Of a stretch of 64,000 nucleotides of DNA, positions 18,542 to 27,497 are shown in pieces. The position numbers and the translations under genes were made by a program. The DNA lies in assembly GCA_030696105.1 (NCBI GenBank), contig JAUYNJ010000005.1:77678-141677 (forward strand), given 5' to 3'. The stretch is from a bacterium. Its GTDB lineage: Bacteria > Patescibacteriota > Patescibacteriia > Patescibacteriales > UBA12465. Position 1 is the first letter of the stretch, and every line of letters begins with the position of its first letter. The notes beneath the pieces were generated by a model. It saw nothing but the letters and a program-made list of their open reading frames with translations. It did not search any database and was not told the origin of the DNA.

Positions 18542-20536
18542 ATGCGTCTCCGATTCGCCCTGCTAATTCTAACTGCCTGTCTTTTATTGCCTCAAGCCGC
18601 TTTTGCGGAAGGGGTCTATCCTCGCTTGGCAAATTACTTTTTAAAGTATGAAATGACTTCAGTGGAGGCAAAAGAACTAGCTCGTTGGGATTTGTTAATT
18701 CTCGATATGGAAATTCAGGAAAATAATCCTGAACTGATTGTTTTAATTAGAAAACTAAATCCTAATGTAAAAATATTGGCGTATATTACTTCGCAAGAAA
18801 TTATCGATAACCCAAGTCAATCAAACTCTTATTTAAGAGCAGAGCTCGCGTCCGGTATTATAGAAAAATGGCGCCTAAAGGATGATTCCGGCAGAAGGGT
18901 TGTTAACTGGCCCTTTACTTCAATGTTAAATTTAACGGAGCGGGCGAGCCAGGATGCTTCTGGTTACAGGTTTAACGAATATCTGGCGCGGTTTATTAAG
19001 GACGAAATTAAATCTAGCGGTTTATGGGATGGGGTTTTTTATGATAATATCTGGGGTGATGTCGCTTGGATTAATGGCGGTAATCTCGATTTTGATAGTG
19101 ATGGTCAGCGCGAATCTAAAATTGTAGCGGATAGCTTGTGGGCGGAAGGAGTGACAAAATTATTAAGGCTTACTCGTGAACTTTGCGGAAATGATTTCTT
19201 AATTATGGGTAATGGCCGTGTTCATTGGCCTTATCAATCAACAATGAATGGTATGATGCTAGAGGGCTTTCCTCCATCATGGGAAAATGGCGGCACCTGG
19301 CAGGGCTCCATGGAAACCTACCTGAAGTTACCGACGGTTAACGCTAGTCCGGTAATTCCCGTGATTAACATTTACGAAAAGAATAAGGAAAATTATCGCT
19401 TATTCCGCTTCGGTCTAGCTAGCGCCTTGCTGGGCGACGGATATTACAGCTTTGATTATGATGTCACGAATCATGGGCAAACTTGGTGGTACGATGAATA
19501 TGATGTTGGTCTAGGCTCGGCTCAATCACCTGCATATAATATTTTAAACGGTGGAAAAAGCGACATACAACCAGGCCTCTGGCGGCGTGACTTTAAAAAT
19601 GGAGTCGCGATAGTAAACTCAACCGATAAAACGCAGTCTTTCACTTTTAGCAAAGAAGAATTTGAAAAAATAAAAGGTACACAAGCGCCTACTATTAATA
19701 ACGGACAAAGAATAAATTTTCTAAAACTTGAACCGCGCGATGGTATTATCCTGCTTAAGAAATTAACAGCCTGGCAAGGAAGCGGGTTTACTAATGGTGG
19801 TTTTTTAAGAATCTTCACCCCGGACGGCAAACAGGCACGAAATGGTTTCTTTTCTTATATCAGCTCCTTGCCTAGCGGCAGTGAGGTCGTGATTGAGTCG
19901 GGTAATGGTGAAGAAGAATACATTTATAGTGCTAGCGGCTTATTATATCGTCAACGCAACGGTAAAATTCATTGGCAAGCTCAGCCCTTTGCTGCTGGCT
20001 TCAAAGGTGCGACCTCAGTTGCTATCGGCGATGTGGATGGTAACGGCAAATTGGAAATTGTAATTGGCGCTGGTCACGGTGGTGGGCCGCAGGTGCGTGT
20101 ATTTACTCTTGATGGCAAGCCGATATCAAACTTCTTTGCCTACGATAAAAATTTCCGTGGTGGAGTTAACGTCGCCGTCGGTGATGTTGACGGTGATGGT
20201 AAGGCGGAGATTATAACTGGAGCCGGAACCGGAGGAGGTCCACATGTGAGATACTTCAATCATCAAGGGAAAGTAATTGGTAGTTTCTTTGCCTACGATA
20301 AAAACTTCCGCGGTGGTGTTAACGTCGCCGTCGGTGATGTGAATGGTGATGGCAAGGCTGAAATAATTACAGGCGCAGGACCCGGAGGTGGTCCACAAGT
20401 AAGAATTTTTGCTGGCACTGGCGTGCCAATCAGTAGTTTTTTTGCTTTCGAAGAAAATTTTCGTGACGGCGTGCGCGTCGGTTTTTCCTTAAAAACTGGA
20501 CAGCCCGAAATAGCCGTCGGTATCAAAGGCTTTTAA
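18542..20536 (+). CDS. secreted protein: GHL15-like putative glycoside-hydrolase domain plus C-terminal FG-GAP/VCBS beta-propeller repeats
   Basis: Signal peptide. The N-terminal domain resembles the 39513 paralog. C-terminus carries repeated 'GDVDGDGKAEIITGAGxGGGPxVR'. Confidence 0.65.
   Translation: MRLRFALLILTACLLLPQAAFAEGVYPRLANYFLKYEMTSVEAKELARWDLLILDMEIQENNPELIVLIRKLNPNVKILAYITSQEIIDNPSQSNSYLRAELASGIIEKWRLKDDSGRRVVNWPFTSMLNLTERASQDASGYRFNEYLARFIKDEIKSSGLWDGVFYDNIWGDVAWINGGNLDFDSDGQRESKIVADSLWAEGVTKLLRLTRELCGNDFLIMGNGRVHWPYQSTMNGMMLEGFPPSWENGGTWQGSMETYLKLPTVNASPVIPVINIYEKNKENYRLFRFGLASALLGDGYYSFDYDVTNHGQTWWYDEYDVGLGSAQSPAYNILNGGKSDIQPGLWRRDFKNGVAIVNSTDKTQSFTFSKEEFEKIKGTQAPTINNGQRINFLKLEPRDGIILLKKLTAWQGSGFTNGGFLRIFTPDGKQARNGFFSYISSLPSGSEVVIESGNGEEEYIYSASGLLYRQRNGKIHWQAQPFAAGFKGATSVAIGDVDGNGKLEIVIGAGHGGGPQVRVFTLDGKPISNFFAYDKNFRGGVNVAVGDVDGDGKAEIITGAGTGGGPHVRYFNHQGKVIGSFFAYDKNFRGGVNVAVGDVNGDGKAEIITGAGPGGGPQVRIFAGTGVPISSFFAFEENFRDGVRVGFSLKTGQPEIAVGIKGF
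19984..20533 (+). repeat. intragenic tandem repeat, 153-bp period (about 3.5 FG-GAP units)
   Basis: The units starting at 20132 and 20285 are near-identical at the DNA level (ttctttgcctacgataaaaa(t/c)ttccg(t/c)ggtgg...). The flanking units are more diverged. Confidence 0.85.
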
Positions 20537-20540
20537 ATAT

Positions 20541-21605
20541 ATGCTTAAACAAATCAACAATTGGTGGCAAGACAGACGTAATCGTTTTTATCGTCGTCGT
20601 CGTTTACACCTTGCTTTAGAAATTTTCTTGATAACAGTTATTTTACTTTTAGCTGGTCTCGCTTTATTTCTCTCATCTTATCATCCGGCCTTAAACGGTA
20701 CTTTTTTTCCTGACGGTAACGCCACTTCATCTGACCCCACCTCTACAAAGCTGGTTTACACTGTCAGTGCCGACTCTCAATCTTTAGTTGTCTCCAGGGG
20801 AGACAGTCTGGATTCCACTATTACCTTTAAAAATAATGGCACTAGCAAAATATCTGACGTTGAAATGTTAATTGATTTCGATAGTTATGCTTTCGAGCTC
20901 AGTTCATTGCAGGCGGACGGGGAAGGGGTTACCGTGAGGGATGATAAAATATTATTGGAAAACATTAAGCCTGGAGATACGATTGTAATTAATTCAAAGG
21001 CGAGCTGGCGCGCTATCAAAAATGATTTTCCGCGAAGTATTAAGTCGAAACTAATAGTGACCGCCTCGAACAATGAAGCAAGATTGGTAAAAGAGGTTTC
21101 AGTTCCTGATTACAGAATTACTAGCGATTTAAAAATTGAAGCAGCTGCATATTATCATAGCCCACAGGGGGATCAACTCGGTATTGGCCCAATTCCGCCT
21201 ATCGTTGGTGTTCCTACAACCTATTGGCTCATAGTGAAAGCTGAAAATAATGGTAACGATTTGAATAATTTAGCTCTTAGCTTTCATCTGCCCGTAGGTG
21301 TCGAGTTGACCGGTGACGTCAGCCTGCTTGCCGGTAAGTATTCATACAATGCTGCAACAAGGCGATTAATTTGGCAGCTTGAGAGCGTTGACGCCTCAGG
21401 CGGCGACTATTTTGCTAATTTTGCTATCGCGCTGACCCCAAATGAGAGTCAAATAGGTAAAAATATTTTATTAGTTGATCAGATTCAGTATCACGCTGAT
21501 GACTCCTGGACTTCCGAAGTTATCTCTAGTCAGCTATCAAATATTGACACCTCTTTGCCAGCGGATCGTTTTAATCGAGGACAAGGACAAGTCAGCGCAG
21601 AATAA
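20541..21605 (+). CDS. hypothetical membrane-anchored extracellular protein (354 aa)
   Basis: An Arg-rich N-terminus followed by a TM helix (LALEIFLITVILLLAGLALFL). The remainder is beta-rich and Ig-like. Sits 4 nt after the previous gene. Confidence 0.55.
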   Translation: MLKQINNWWQDRRNRFYRRRRLHLALEIFLITVILLLAGLALFLSSYHPALNGTFFPDGNATSSDPTSTKLVYTVSADSQSLVVSRGDSLDSTITFKNNGTSKISDVEMLIDFDSYAFELSSLQADGEGVTVRDDKILLENIKPGDTIVINSKASWRAIKNDFPRSIKSKLIVTASNNEARLVKEVSVPDYRITSDLKIEAAAYYHSPQGDQLGIGPIPPIVGVPTTYWLIVKAENNGNDLNNLALSFHLPVGVELTGDVSLLAGKYSYNAATRRLIWQLESVDASGGDYFANFAIALTPNESQIGKNILLVDQIQYHADDSWTSEVISSQLSNIDTSLPADRFNRGQGQVSAE

Positions 21606-21615
21606 ACTTTATTTC

Positions 21616-22764
21616 ATGATTGCATATTTAAGACAACTCTTAAAGCCAAAATATCCAACCTTAAACCGCTTGGAGATTTCGGCTGAAGCGATTAAGTATA
21701 ACCTTGAGTTTCTTCGGGCGCAGCAACCTAACGCAAAGATGATACCTGTTGTTAAGTCTAACGCTTACGGGCACGGGTTAAAAGAAATTTGCATTATTTT
21801 GAGTCGTTTGGGTGTCGAGATGGTGGCGCTCGATTCATTTCCGGAAGCGCAAATTGCATATCGTTATTTTAAAGGACGCGTCTTATTGCTTGGAGAAATG
21901 CAAATCCCAACCTATCGGCATCTTGATTGGTCGCGTACGGAAATCTGTGTTTATAACGAAGAGACTCTTAGTGCGCTAGCTGCACTTGGCGTGAGACCGA
22001 AGGTCCATTTATTTATAAACACTGGTATGAATAGGGAAGGTATCAAGGACTTACCATTATTTTGGGATAAGCATAGTCAGTTGCTTTCGAAAGTAGACAT
22101 AAACGGACTATGTTCTCATTTAGCGGACGGGGAAGGTGACGGCACTTTCAACGATAAGCAGTTAAAAATATTTTTTGAATCACACGATTATCTTCTTAGT
22201 CAAGGAGTTTCGCCAAAATGGGTTCACCTTGGAAATAGCGCTGGCGTGTTTGCACTGAAAGATGAGCGCTTGAATGCCTATCGTCCGGGGCTTGCATTAT
22301 ATGGTTACAATCCGTTTTCGTCTGAAAGCGTTCATTATGAAGAGGCAAAAAAACTACAGCCGGCCCTGCGGCTTCTAAGCACTGTTGTTGCGGTACAAAA
22401 AATACAGCCCGGTGAAGCTGTTTCCTATAACGCTGCCTATCGATCTCAGCATGATACCAGTATTGCCGTTATCCCTTTTGGTTACTACGAAGGCTTAGAT
22501 CGCCGTCTCTCAAACTTAGCAGATTTCTATTTAATCAAAGATAAAAAAAAGATTCCTTTAAAGCTGGCCGGTAAGGTTTGTATGAATCTATCCTGCTTAG
22601 ACGCGGGCGGGGAAGCCAGCGTTACTCCCGGAGATACGGTTGTGCTTATTTCGACGGATAAGGCAGATGCTAACTCACTAGAGAACCTCGCTAAATTGCA
22701 AGGAACTATTCCTTATGAAATATTAGTCAAATTTCAGGCTAATATTAGAAGAAATATTGTTTGA
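21616..22764 (+). CDS. alr: alanine racemase
   Basis: Start at MIAYLRQL; 'IPVVKSNAYGHG' PLP-lysine motif. The track start at 21475 overlaps the previous gene. Confidence 0.9.
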   Translation: MIAYLRQLLKPKYPTLNRLEISAEAIKYNLEFLRAQQPNAKMIPVVKSNAYGHGLKEICIILSRLGVEMVALDSFPEAQIAYRYFKGRVLLLGEMQIPTYRHLDWSRTEICVYNEETLSALAALGVRPKVHLFINTGMNREGIKDLPLFWDKHSQLLSKVDINGLCSHLADGEGDGTFNDKQLKIFFESHDYLLSQGVSPKWVHLGNSAGVFALKDERLNAYRPGLALYGYNPFSSESVHYEEAKKLQPALRLLSTVVAVQKIQPGEAVSYNAAYRSQHDTSIAVIPFGYYEGLDRRLSNLADFYLIKDKKKIPLKLAGKVCMNLSCLDAGGEASVTPGDTVVLISTDKADANSLENLAKLQGTIPYEILVKFQANIRRNIV

Positions 22765-22779
22765 CAAGACTAAATTTTT

Positions 22780-23646
22780 ATGATGAAAGGGAAGTCTAGC
22801 CCATATTTGGCAAGAAGGGCAAAAACGAATAAACGTGTTAAAGTAGATTACCAGCGGAAAACGCTCAATAATCCTTTTTTTCGTCAGCGTCGAGAAAAAA
22901 AAGAAACATCGGGCCGTAGTCGAAAATTTTTTATACTTATAATTACGACTTTAATTTTAGCCTTCGCTGTTTACATTTTATTTTTTTCTTCGACATTTGC
23001 AATTCAAAAAATTCAAGTCAACGGCGTAAATCGCGTCGGCAACGAACAGCTAATCGCTTTAGCCTGGCAGCAGGCCGACCAAGGTCAGCATAATCTACTC
23101 TTATATAAAACTGAGGATTTATATAATTCATTGATGGAGAACTTCAGTTTTGACTCTTTGCGTGTTTATAAAAAATGGCCACATACGCTAGTGATAAGTG
23201 CTGGCGAGCGCGATCCAGCCTTTGTGTGGCGCTATAAGGGCGAGCAGCACTTCAGTGATAGTAATGGCTGCTTAATTCGCGAGACGGCTGTCGTGCCGGC
23301 AGACCTGTCTATGTATCCGGTTTTAGAAGCGGCTGACAACCAAGAACGTTTAAACGCAAGGGATTGTTTAACAATTGAGTCAGCATACCTACAGGCCATG
23401 TTTATATTGTCTGATAAGTTAAAAGCCTACCCAGAGCTTAAGGTGGATAGATTTTTACTCGAGGGCGAGGCTAACACCCTTAAGGCTGATTTAAACCTCG
23501 GGCCCAACATTTTATTTAACGTTAAAGAGGATGCCGACAAACAGCTTAATAAGCTTATTATTATCAAACAAGATAAGCCGGCGGCTGAGTTTAACAGCCT
23601 TGAGTATATAGATTTACGCTATGGTGACCGGGCCTACTTTAAATAA
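22780..23646 (+). CDS. FtsQ/DivIB-like cell division protein (POTRA domain)
   Basis: Basic N-terminus, one TM helix, then 'FAIQKIQVNGVNRVGNEQL' typical of the FtsQ POTRA start. Confidence 0.6.
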   Translation: MMKGKSSPYLARRAKTNKRVKVDYQRKTLNNPFFRQRREKKETSGRSRKFFILIITTLILAFAVYILFFSSTFAIQKIQVNGVNRVGNEQLIALAWQQADQGQHNLLLYKTEDLYNSLMENFSFDSLRVYKKWPHTLVISAGERDPAFVWRYKGEQHFSDSNGCLIRETAVVPADLSMYPVLEAADNQERLNARDCLTIESAYLQAMFILSDKLKAYPELKVDRFLLEGEANTLKADLNLGPNILFNVKEDADKQLNKLIIIKQDKPAAEFNSLEYIDLRYGDRAYFK

Positions 23647-23662
23647 TTAATACTACAAATAT

Positions 23663-23803
23663 ATGGAATCGATGTTCAAGTTTTTGTTTGGTTTAGCGGT
23701 ATTCATTTTTTCGCTGGTGAGCGTGGGTGTATTTTTACTAATCATCAAAATTGTTTTAATGTTTTCACCAGAAGTGAGACTGCTGGGGTTAATAATCTAC
23801 TAA
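23663..23803 (+). CDS. possible small hydrophobic peptide (46 aa)
   Basis: Hand translation gives MESMFKFLFGLAVFIFSLVSVGVFLLIIKIVLMFSPEVRLLGLIIY, a single TM helix. There is no other support. Confidence 0.3.
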   Translation: MESMFKFLFGLAVFIFSLVSVGVFLLIIKIVLMFSPEVRLLGLIIY

Positions 23804-23880
23804 GACGTCTTACAGGACTGAAATTTAAGACATATTCCGATATAATGTACCCGGGTGGGACCTAATTTGAATATAGCCTT

Positions 23881-23908
23881 ACGTGTATTAATATACATTA
23901 TGCGAAGT
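23881..23908. other. dif-like Xer recombination site candidate
   Basis: ACGTGTATTAA-TATACA-TTATGCGAAGT. The inner 14 nt TAATATACATTATG match E. coli dif TAATGTATATTATG at 12/14. The right arm resembles TTATGTTAAAT/TTATGTAAACT. Confidence 0.5.
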
Positions 23909-23982
23909 ATCGAACTATGAATAAATAAGGCAAATTGTCGCATTTAGCCCATATCATCTACTTCCCTCATATCAAAAAGAAT

Positions 23983-24020
23983 AATCCTTGAGTGTCATTT
24001 ATCTCAGGGATTTATTTTTT
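23983..24020 (+). terminator. intrinsic terminator (ends the ftsQ-like transcription unit or a small RNA)
   Basis: aatccttgag-N10-ctcagggatt (10 bp including one G-U), followed by tatttttt. Confidence 0.65.
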
Positions 24021-24191
24021 ATAGACATAATTAAATTTACTGTACCTAACTTGTCACCGGATTAAAATTTACAGATGTTTGTGATACTTATGACCCGGGC
24101 GCTCAGCAATTTCAGAGCTATTTATGACTTCCCTGGCGCTTCCCCGTTTTTTCAAATTTGAGGAGGGGACTGCTAACCGCAAGAGCAACGA

Positions 24192-24220
24192 TTTATCTAT
24201 CAGCTCCCTTCTGATATAAT
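24192..24220 (+). promoter_or_regulatory. extended -10 promoter positioned for a leaderless xer mRNA
   Basis: TTTATC-N17-TATAAT with TG at -15/-14 (cTGaTATAAT). The ATG begins 7 nt after the -10 box. Confidence 0.5.
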
Positions 24221-24226
24221 TAACAC

Positions 24227-25180
24227 ATGACCCAGAAACCAATAATAAAATATTTAGGCGATTTTCTCGATTACTGTGAAATTGAGAAAGGTCTGTCTAG
24301 TAAAACTCAGGAAAATTATACTCGTTTTTTACGCAAGTTTTTTACGTGGTTAGAGCTGGATTCTAAGGCTGACCTAAAGCCACAGGACTTCACTACCGAT
24401 CACGTATGGCATTACAAGGTTCATCTATCTCGGCACGCAGACTCGCGGACAAATAAGACGCTAAAGAAAAGTACACAGAATTACTACCTCATCGCACTCC
24501 GCTCCTTGTTGGAATTTTTTGTCGAAAAAGACATTACTTCCCTGCCGCCATCAAAAGTGAAGCTGGCGAAGGACAAATCTGATAAAGAAATAAAATTTTT
24601 AAAGATAGAACAATTAAAAACTTTACTCGACACGCCTGATCGTTTTTCCATTATCGGTTTAAGAGATGCCGCTATTTTAGAGTCCTTGTTTTCTACCGGC
24701 TTACGCGTCGCTGAGCTGGCCGCCTTAAATCGTGAGCAAATTCGCTTCAAACAACCAATCGATGACCTAGAAATTGCGGTTGTCGGTAAGGGCGGCAAAA
24801 TTCGCACAGTCTACTTCTCTGCAAGAGCCGCTAAGGCCCTTAAAGCCTATTTAGACGAGCGCAAGGACTTCGATGAGGCCTTATTCATAAACTATCGCCG
24901 CGGGGCCTCTAAAAGAGACGTAACGCGTCGATTGACTGTAAAAAGTATCGAAGATATCGTAAAAAAATATGTAAAAATTGCGGGTTTGCCGGTAATGGCG
25001 ACCCCTCATACTCTGAGGCACTCATTTGCAACGGATTTATTGAATTCGGGCGTGGACCTAAGAACAGTGCAAGAGTTTCTCGGTCACAGCAATATTGCCA
25101 CTACTCAAATTTACACGCACGTCACAAATAAACAACTGCGTGATATTCATCGTCGCGTGCATGAGAATCGAAAATTATAA
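24227..25180 (+). CDS. tyrosine recombinase, XerC/XerD family
   Basis: SAM-like N-terminal domain. Catalytic residues in 'GLRVAEL', '[12 protein letters not shown]', '[15 protein letters not shown]'. Confidence 0.9.
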   Translation: MTQKPIIKYLGDFLDYCEIEKGLSSKTQENYTRFLRKFFTWLELDSKADLKPQDFTTDHVWHYKVHLSRHADSRTNKTLKKSTQNYYLIALRSLLEFFVEKDITSLPPSKVKLAKDKSDKEIKFLKIEQLKTLLDTPDRFSIIGLRDAAILESLFSTGLRVAELAALNREQIRFKQPIDDLEIAVVGKGGKIRTVYFSARAAKALKAYLDERKDFDEALFINYRRGASKRDVTRRLTVKSIEDIVKKYVKIAGLPVMATPHTLRHSFATDLLNSGVDLRTVQEFLGHSNIATTQIYTHVTNKQLRDIHRRVHENRKL

Positions 25181-25190
25181 GCAAACAAAA

Positions 25191-25216
25191 AAACGCACTC
25201 CTCAAGGAGTGCGTTT
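25191..25216. terminator. bidirectional terminator between xer (+) and the M23 peptidase gene (-)
   Basis: aaacgcactcc-tcaa-ggagtgcgttt. Confidence 0.85.
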
Positions 25217-25227
25217 TGTATTTGTAT

Positions 25228-26475
25228 TTATGGTAAGTAATCAAGAGGATTAACCGGTATGCCATTTTTTCTGACTTCAAAGTGTAAATGGGCTCCAGTT
25301 GAGAATGGCCCTGAACCTGGCCTGCCAGGTGCGCCGCCAGTTGTGCCAATTAACTGACCCTTAACGACATACTGATCTTCTGCTACGCTAGCGCCGGAGA
25401 TATGACCATAAACGGTTGATAAGCCGTTATTGTGAACAATCATGATATAGGCGTAGGCGGTTGAGCCGTCAAATTTTACGCGCGCGACATATCCGTCAGC
25501 AGCCGCGTAGAGCGGACTTCCCTGCTTTGATCTTAAATCAATGGCTGAGTGCTCACCGATAATGCGGCGGAAGGGATAGTCTGGGTCGTGAAAAGTAGAA
25601 GTAATCACGCGACCAGTAATTGGCCAGGAAATAGTACTGTCACTTCCATCAAGACGATCTCGATTTAGCTGCGACATCTTGCTACGGACGGTATTTTCAA
25701 GGTTGGCGATATCAGCCGCTGCTTGCGCGGCCTGCTTTTTGGCTTGGGCAAGTAGGTCTTGATACGCTTTTTCCGAGGAGCGAGTTTCTTCTAAAAGGTA
25801 ATTCTTTTCGTTTTGCTCATATTGGAGTTGATCTTTTTTTTGCACCAGATCAGCCTTTAATTTAGCCAGTTCTTCGCTCTTCACTTTTATATCGGCCTGA
25901 GCTCGCTCAAGTCTATCTTTATCTGACTGCAGTTTGGCTAAGCTATTTTTCAGCTCCGTGTTGGCATTTTGTAGGTATCTCGACTGATTTAAAAACTCGG
26001 AGATAGAGCCGTTGAGCAAAAGGGCTTCAAGTGAGGAGACTTGGTCTTGTTTGTAAACAAGGCGTAGCAGTTTGGCGATATGGTCTTTCTGATCAGTTAG
26101 GCGCTGATTGAGATCAATGATGTCTAAGGTAATTTTTCTGGCCTCAAGATCAGTTTTGCTGATTTCCAAATTAGCACTCTCGAGTTCTAGCTGTGTTTTA
26201 GCGGCGCGGTTTTCAATTAGGCTGAGCTGTGAGGCGAGACTATTTTTTTCTACTTGCTTGGCGGCTATCGCCTGGCTATAAGCTTTTTGTCGTGCCGCCA
26301 GTGAGTCAATTTGCTGTTTCTGAGATTGAATCTCCGCGTTTAACTGCTGAATCTCGGCGTTAAGCATGTCGTCTTGGCCGCCGACAGCGAAGTCGATGTT
26401 GGAGATACAAAAAAACAGCGCGCTCAAAAATATTGCGCTGGTAAATACTTTCCCCCTGGTCGATAGATTTAACAT
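25228..26475 (-). CDS. M23 (LytM-domain) peptidase with long N-terminal coiled coil (EnvC-like)
   Basis: Signal/TM helix, about 250 aa of heptad-rich sequence, and C-terminal 'HSAIDL...GHISG...GAHLHFEV'. Confidence 0.85.
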   Translation of the reverse strand: MLNLSTRGKVFTSAIFLSALFFCISNIDFAVGGQDDMLNAEIQQLNAEIQSQKQQIDSLAARQKAYSQAIAAKQVEKNSLASQLSLIENRAAKTQLELESANLEISKTDLEARKITLDIIDLNQRLTDQKDHIAKLLRLVYKQDQVSSLEALLLNGSISEFLNQSRYLQNANTELKNSLAKLQSDKDRLERAQADIKVKSEELAKLKADLVQKKDQLQYEQNEKNYLLEETRSSEKAYQDLLAQAKKQAAQAAADIANLENTVRSKMSQLNRDRLDGSDSTISWPITGRVITSTFHDPDYPFRRIIGEHSAIDLRSKQGSPLYAAADGYVARVKFDGSTAYAYIMIVHNNGLSTVYGHISGASVAEDQYVVKGQLIGTTGGAPGRPGSGPFSTGAHLHFEVRKNGIPVNPLDYLP

Positions 26476-26511
26476 ATTAATAATATAACATCTTTTGCAA
26501 AATCTGTAAAA

Positions 26512-27470
26512 TTATTCAAATTCTTTATAAGCGGTTTCCGATATTGCCTTAATTGTCTCGCTCATGCCGATGAAATTATTTCCCCGCGTCATGATACAAA
26601 GCAGATAAGGCTTATCTATCTTGTATACAACACCACAGTCATGAAGCTGCCTCCCGTCTAGTAAGACGCGTTCACCAAACTTATGTGCGACCTCAATCTG
26701 CGGAGGGACGCCGGCGGTAAGGCCGAGGTTAAACTGTGATTTAGTCAAAATGCCTAAGGCTTTCTCTGGCATTGCATGATTTAGATACGAAGCATTATAT
26801 AATATTCGGAAAAATGAGGCGTAGTCGCGTACGCTCATAAAGTTTTCATTTTCATCTATATCCGGTACTTCTATGCCCAAATTTTGATAAACGCTATCCA
26901 GGCTAGAGGCTTCAATATGATTCAATAAAGCATTAGCGGCTTTATTGTCAGAGTACACAATCATGTATTCAATGAGGTCATTAATTTTATATGCCTTGCC
27001 GCTTTCAACTGTTCTTAGTGGTATTATATTTTGTGATAAAGTACTAGAATCGTCAGTAATATATATTTCTCATCTAAAACTGATGGAAAGGCCTCGGCAA
27101 TCTTTAGATAAGAAATCATTAATGGCACCTTAAGTAGGCTGGCGGGAGTAAATTCCTCGTCTTCGTTTATTCCAACCCAAGGTCCATTGTTCAAATCACG
27201 AAAGTAGACACTCGCATATGTAATCTTGCCATCTTTAATGTTTCGGTTAATGCTCTCTTTAATTTTCTTCTCTATTTCTTGCTCAGAAGTGCCATGAGCG
27301 TCGCTGCAGTCAAGTAAAGGGCTAATGTGTTTATATCCAGTTTCGTGTATTTCACTCGATAAATTTCTTGTGTCGGCGTGATTAGCTTCGTGGTAGTAAT
27401 TGGTTGTTAAGATGCCTATCAAAATACCAAAAATTGCTATTATCAGAAGGTGGGCGTACTTAAGGATCAT
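26512..27470 (-). pseudogene. class A beta-lactamase-like serine hydrolase, split by a frameshift
   Basis: The upstream ORF (27470-27024) carries a TM anchor and the SxxK motif ('ASLLK'). The downstream frame is open from about 27069 and carries 'YSDN' and 'HKFGE'. The frames differ by one nt near the tatatata tract at about 27058-27068. Confidence 0.7.
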
Positions 27471-27497
27471 GATGTTTGCAAACTTGATAAGAGATTT

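Noticed and set aside
23801-23812. The palindrome TAAGACGTCTTA and other GACGTC-containing palindromes (28771-28778 TGACGTCA; 32321-32328) as a possible recurring motif.
   Set aside because: About ten GACGTC occurrences are expected by chance in 64 kb at this base composition. The flanks are not conserved between copies.
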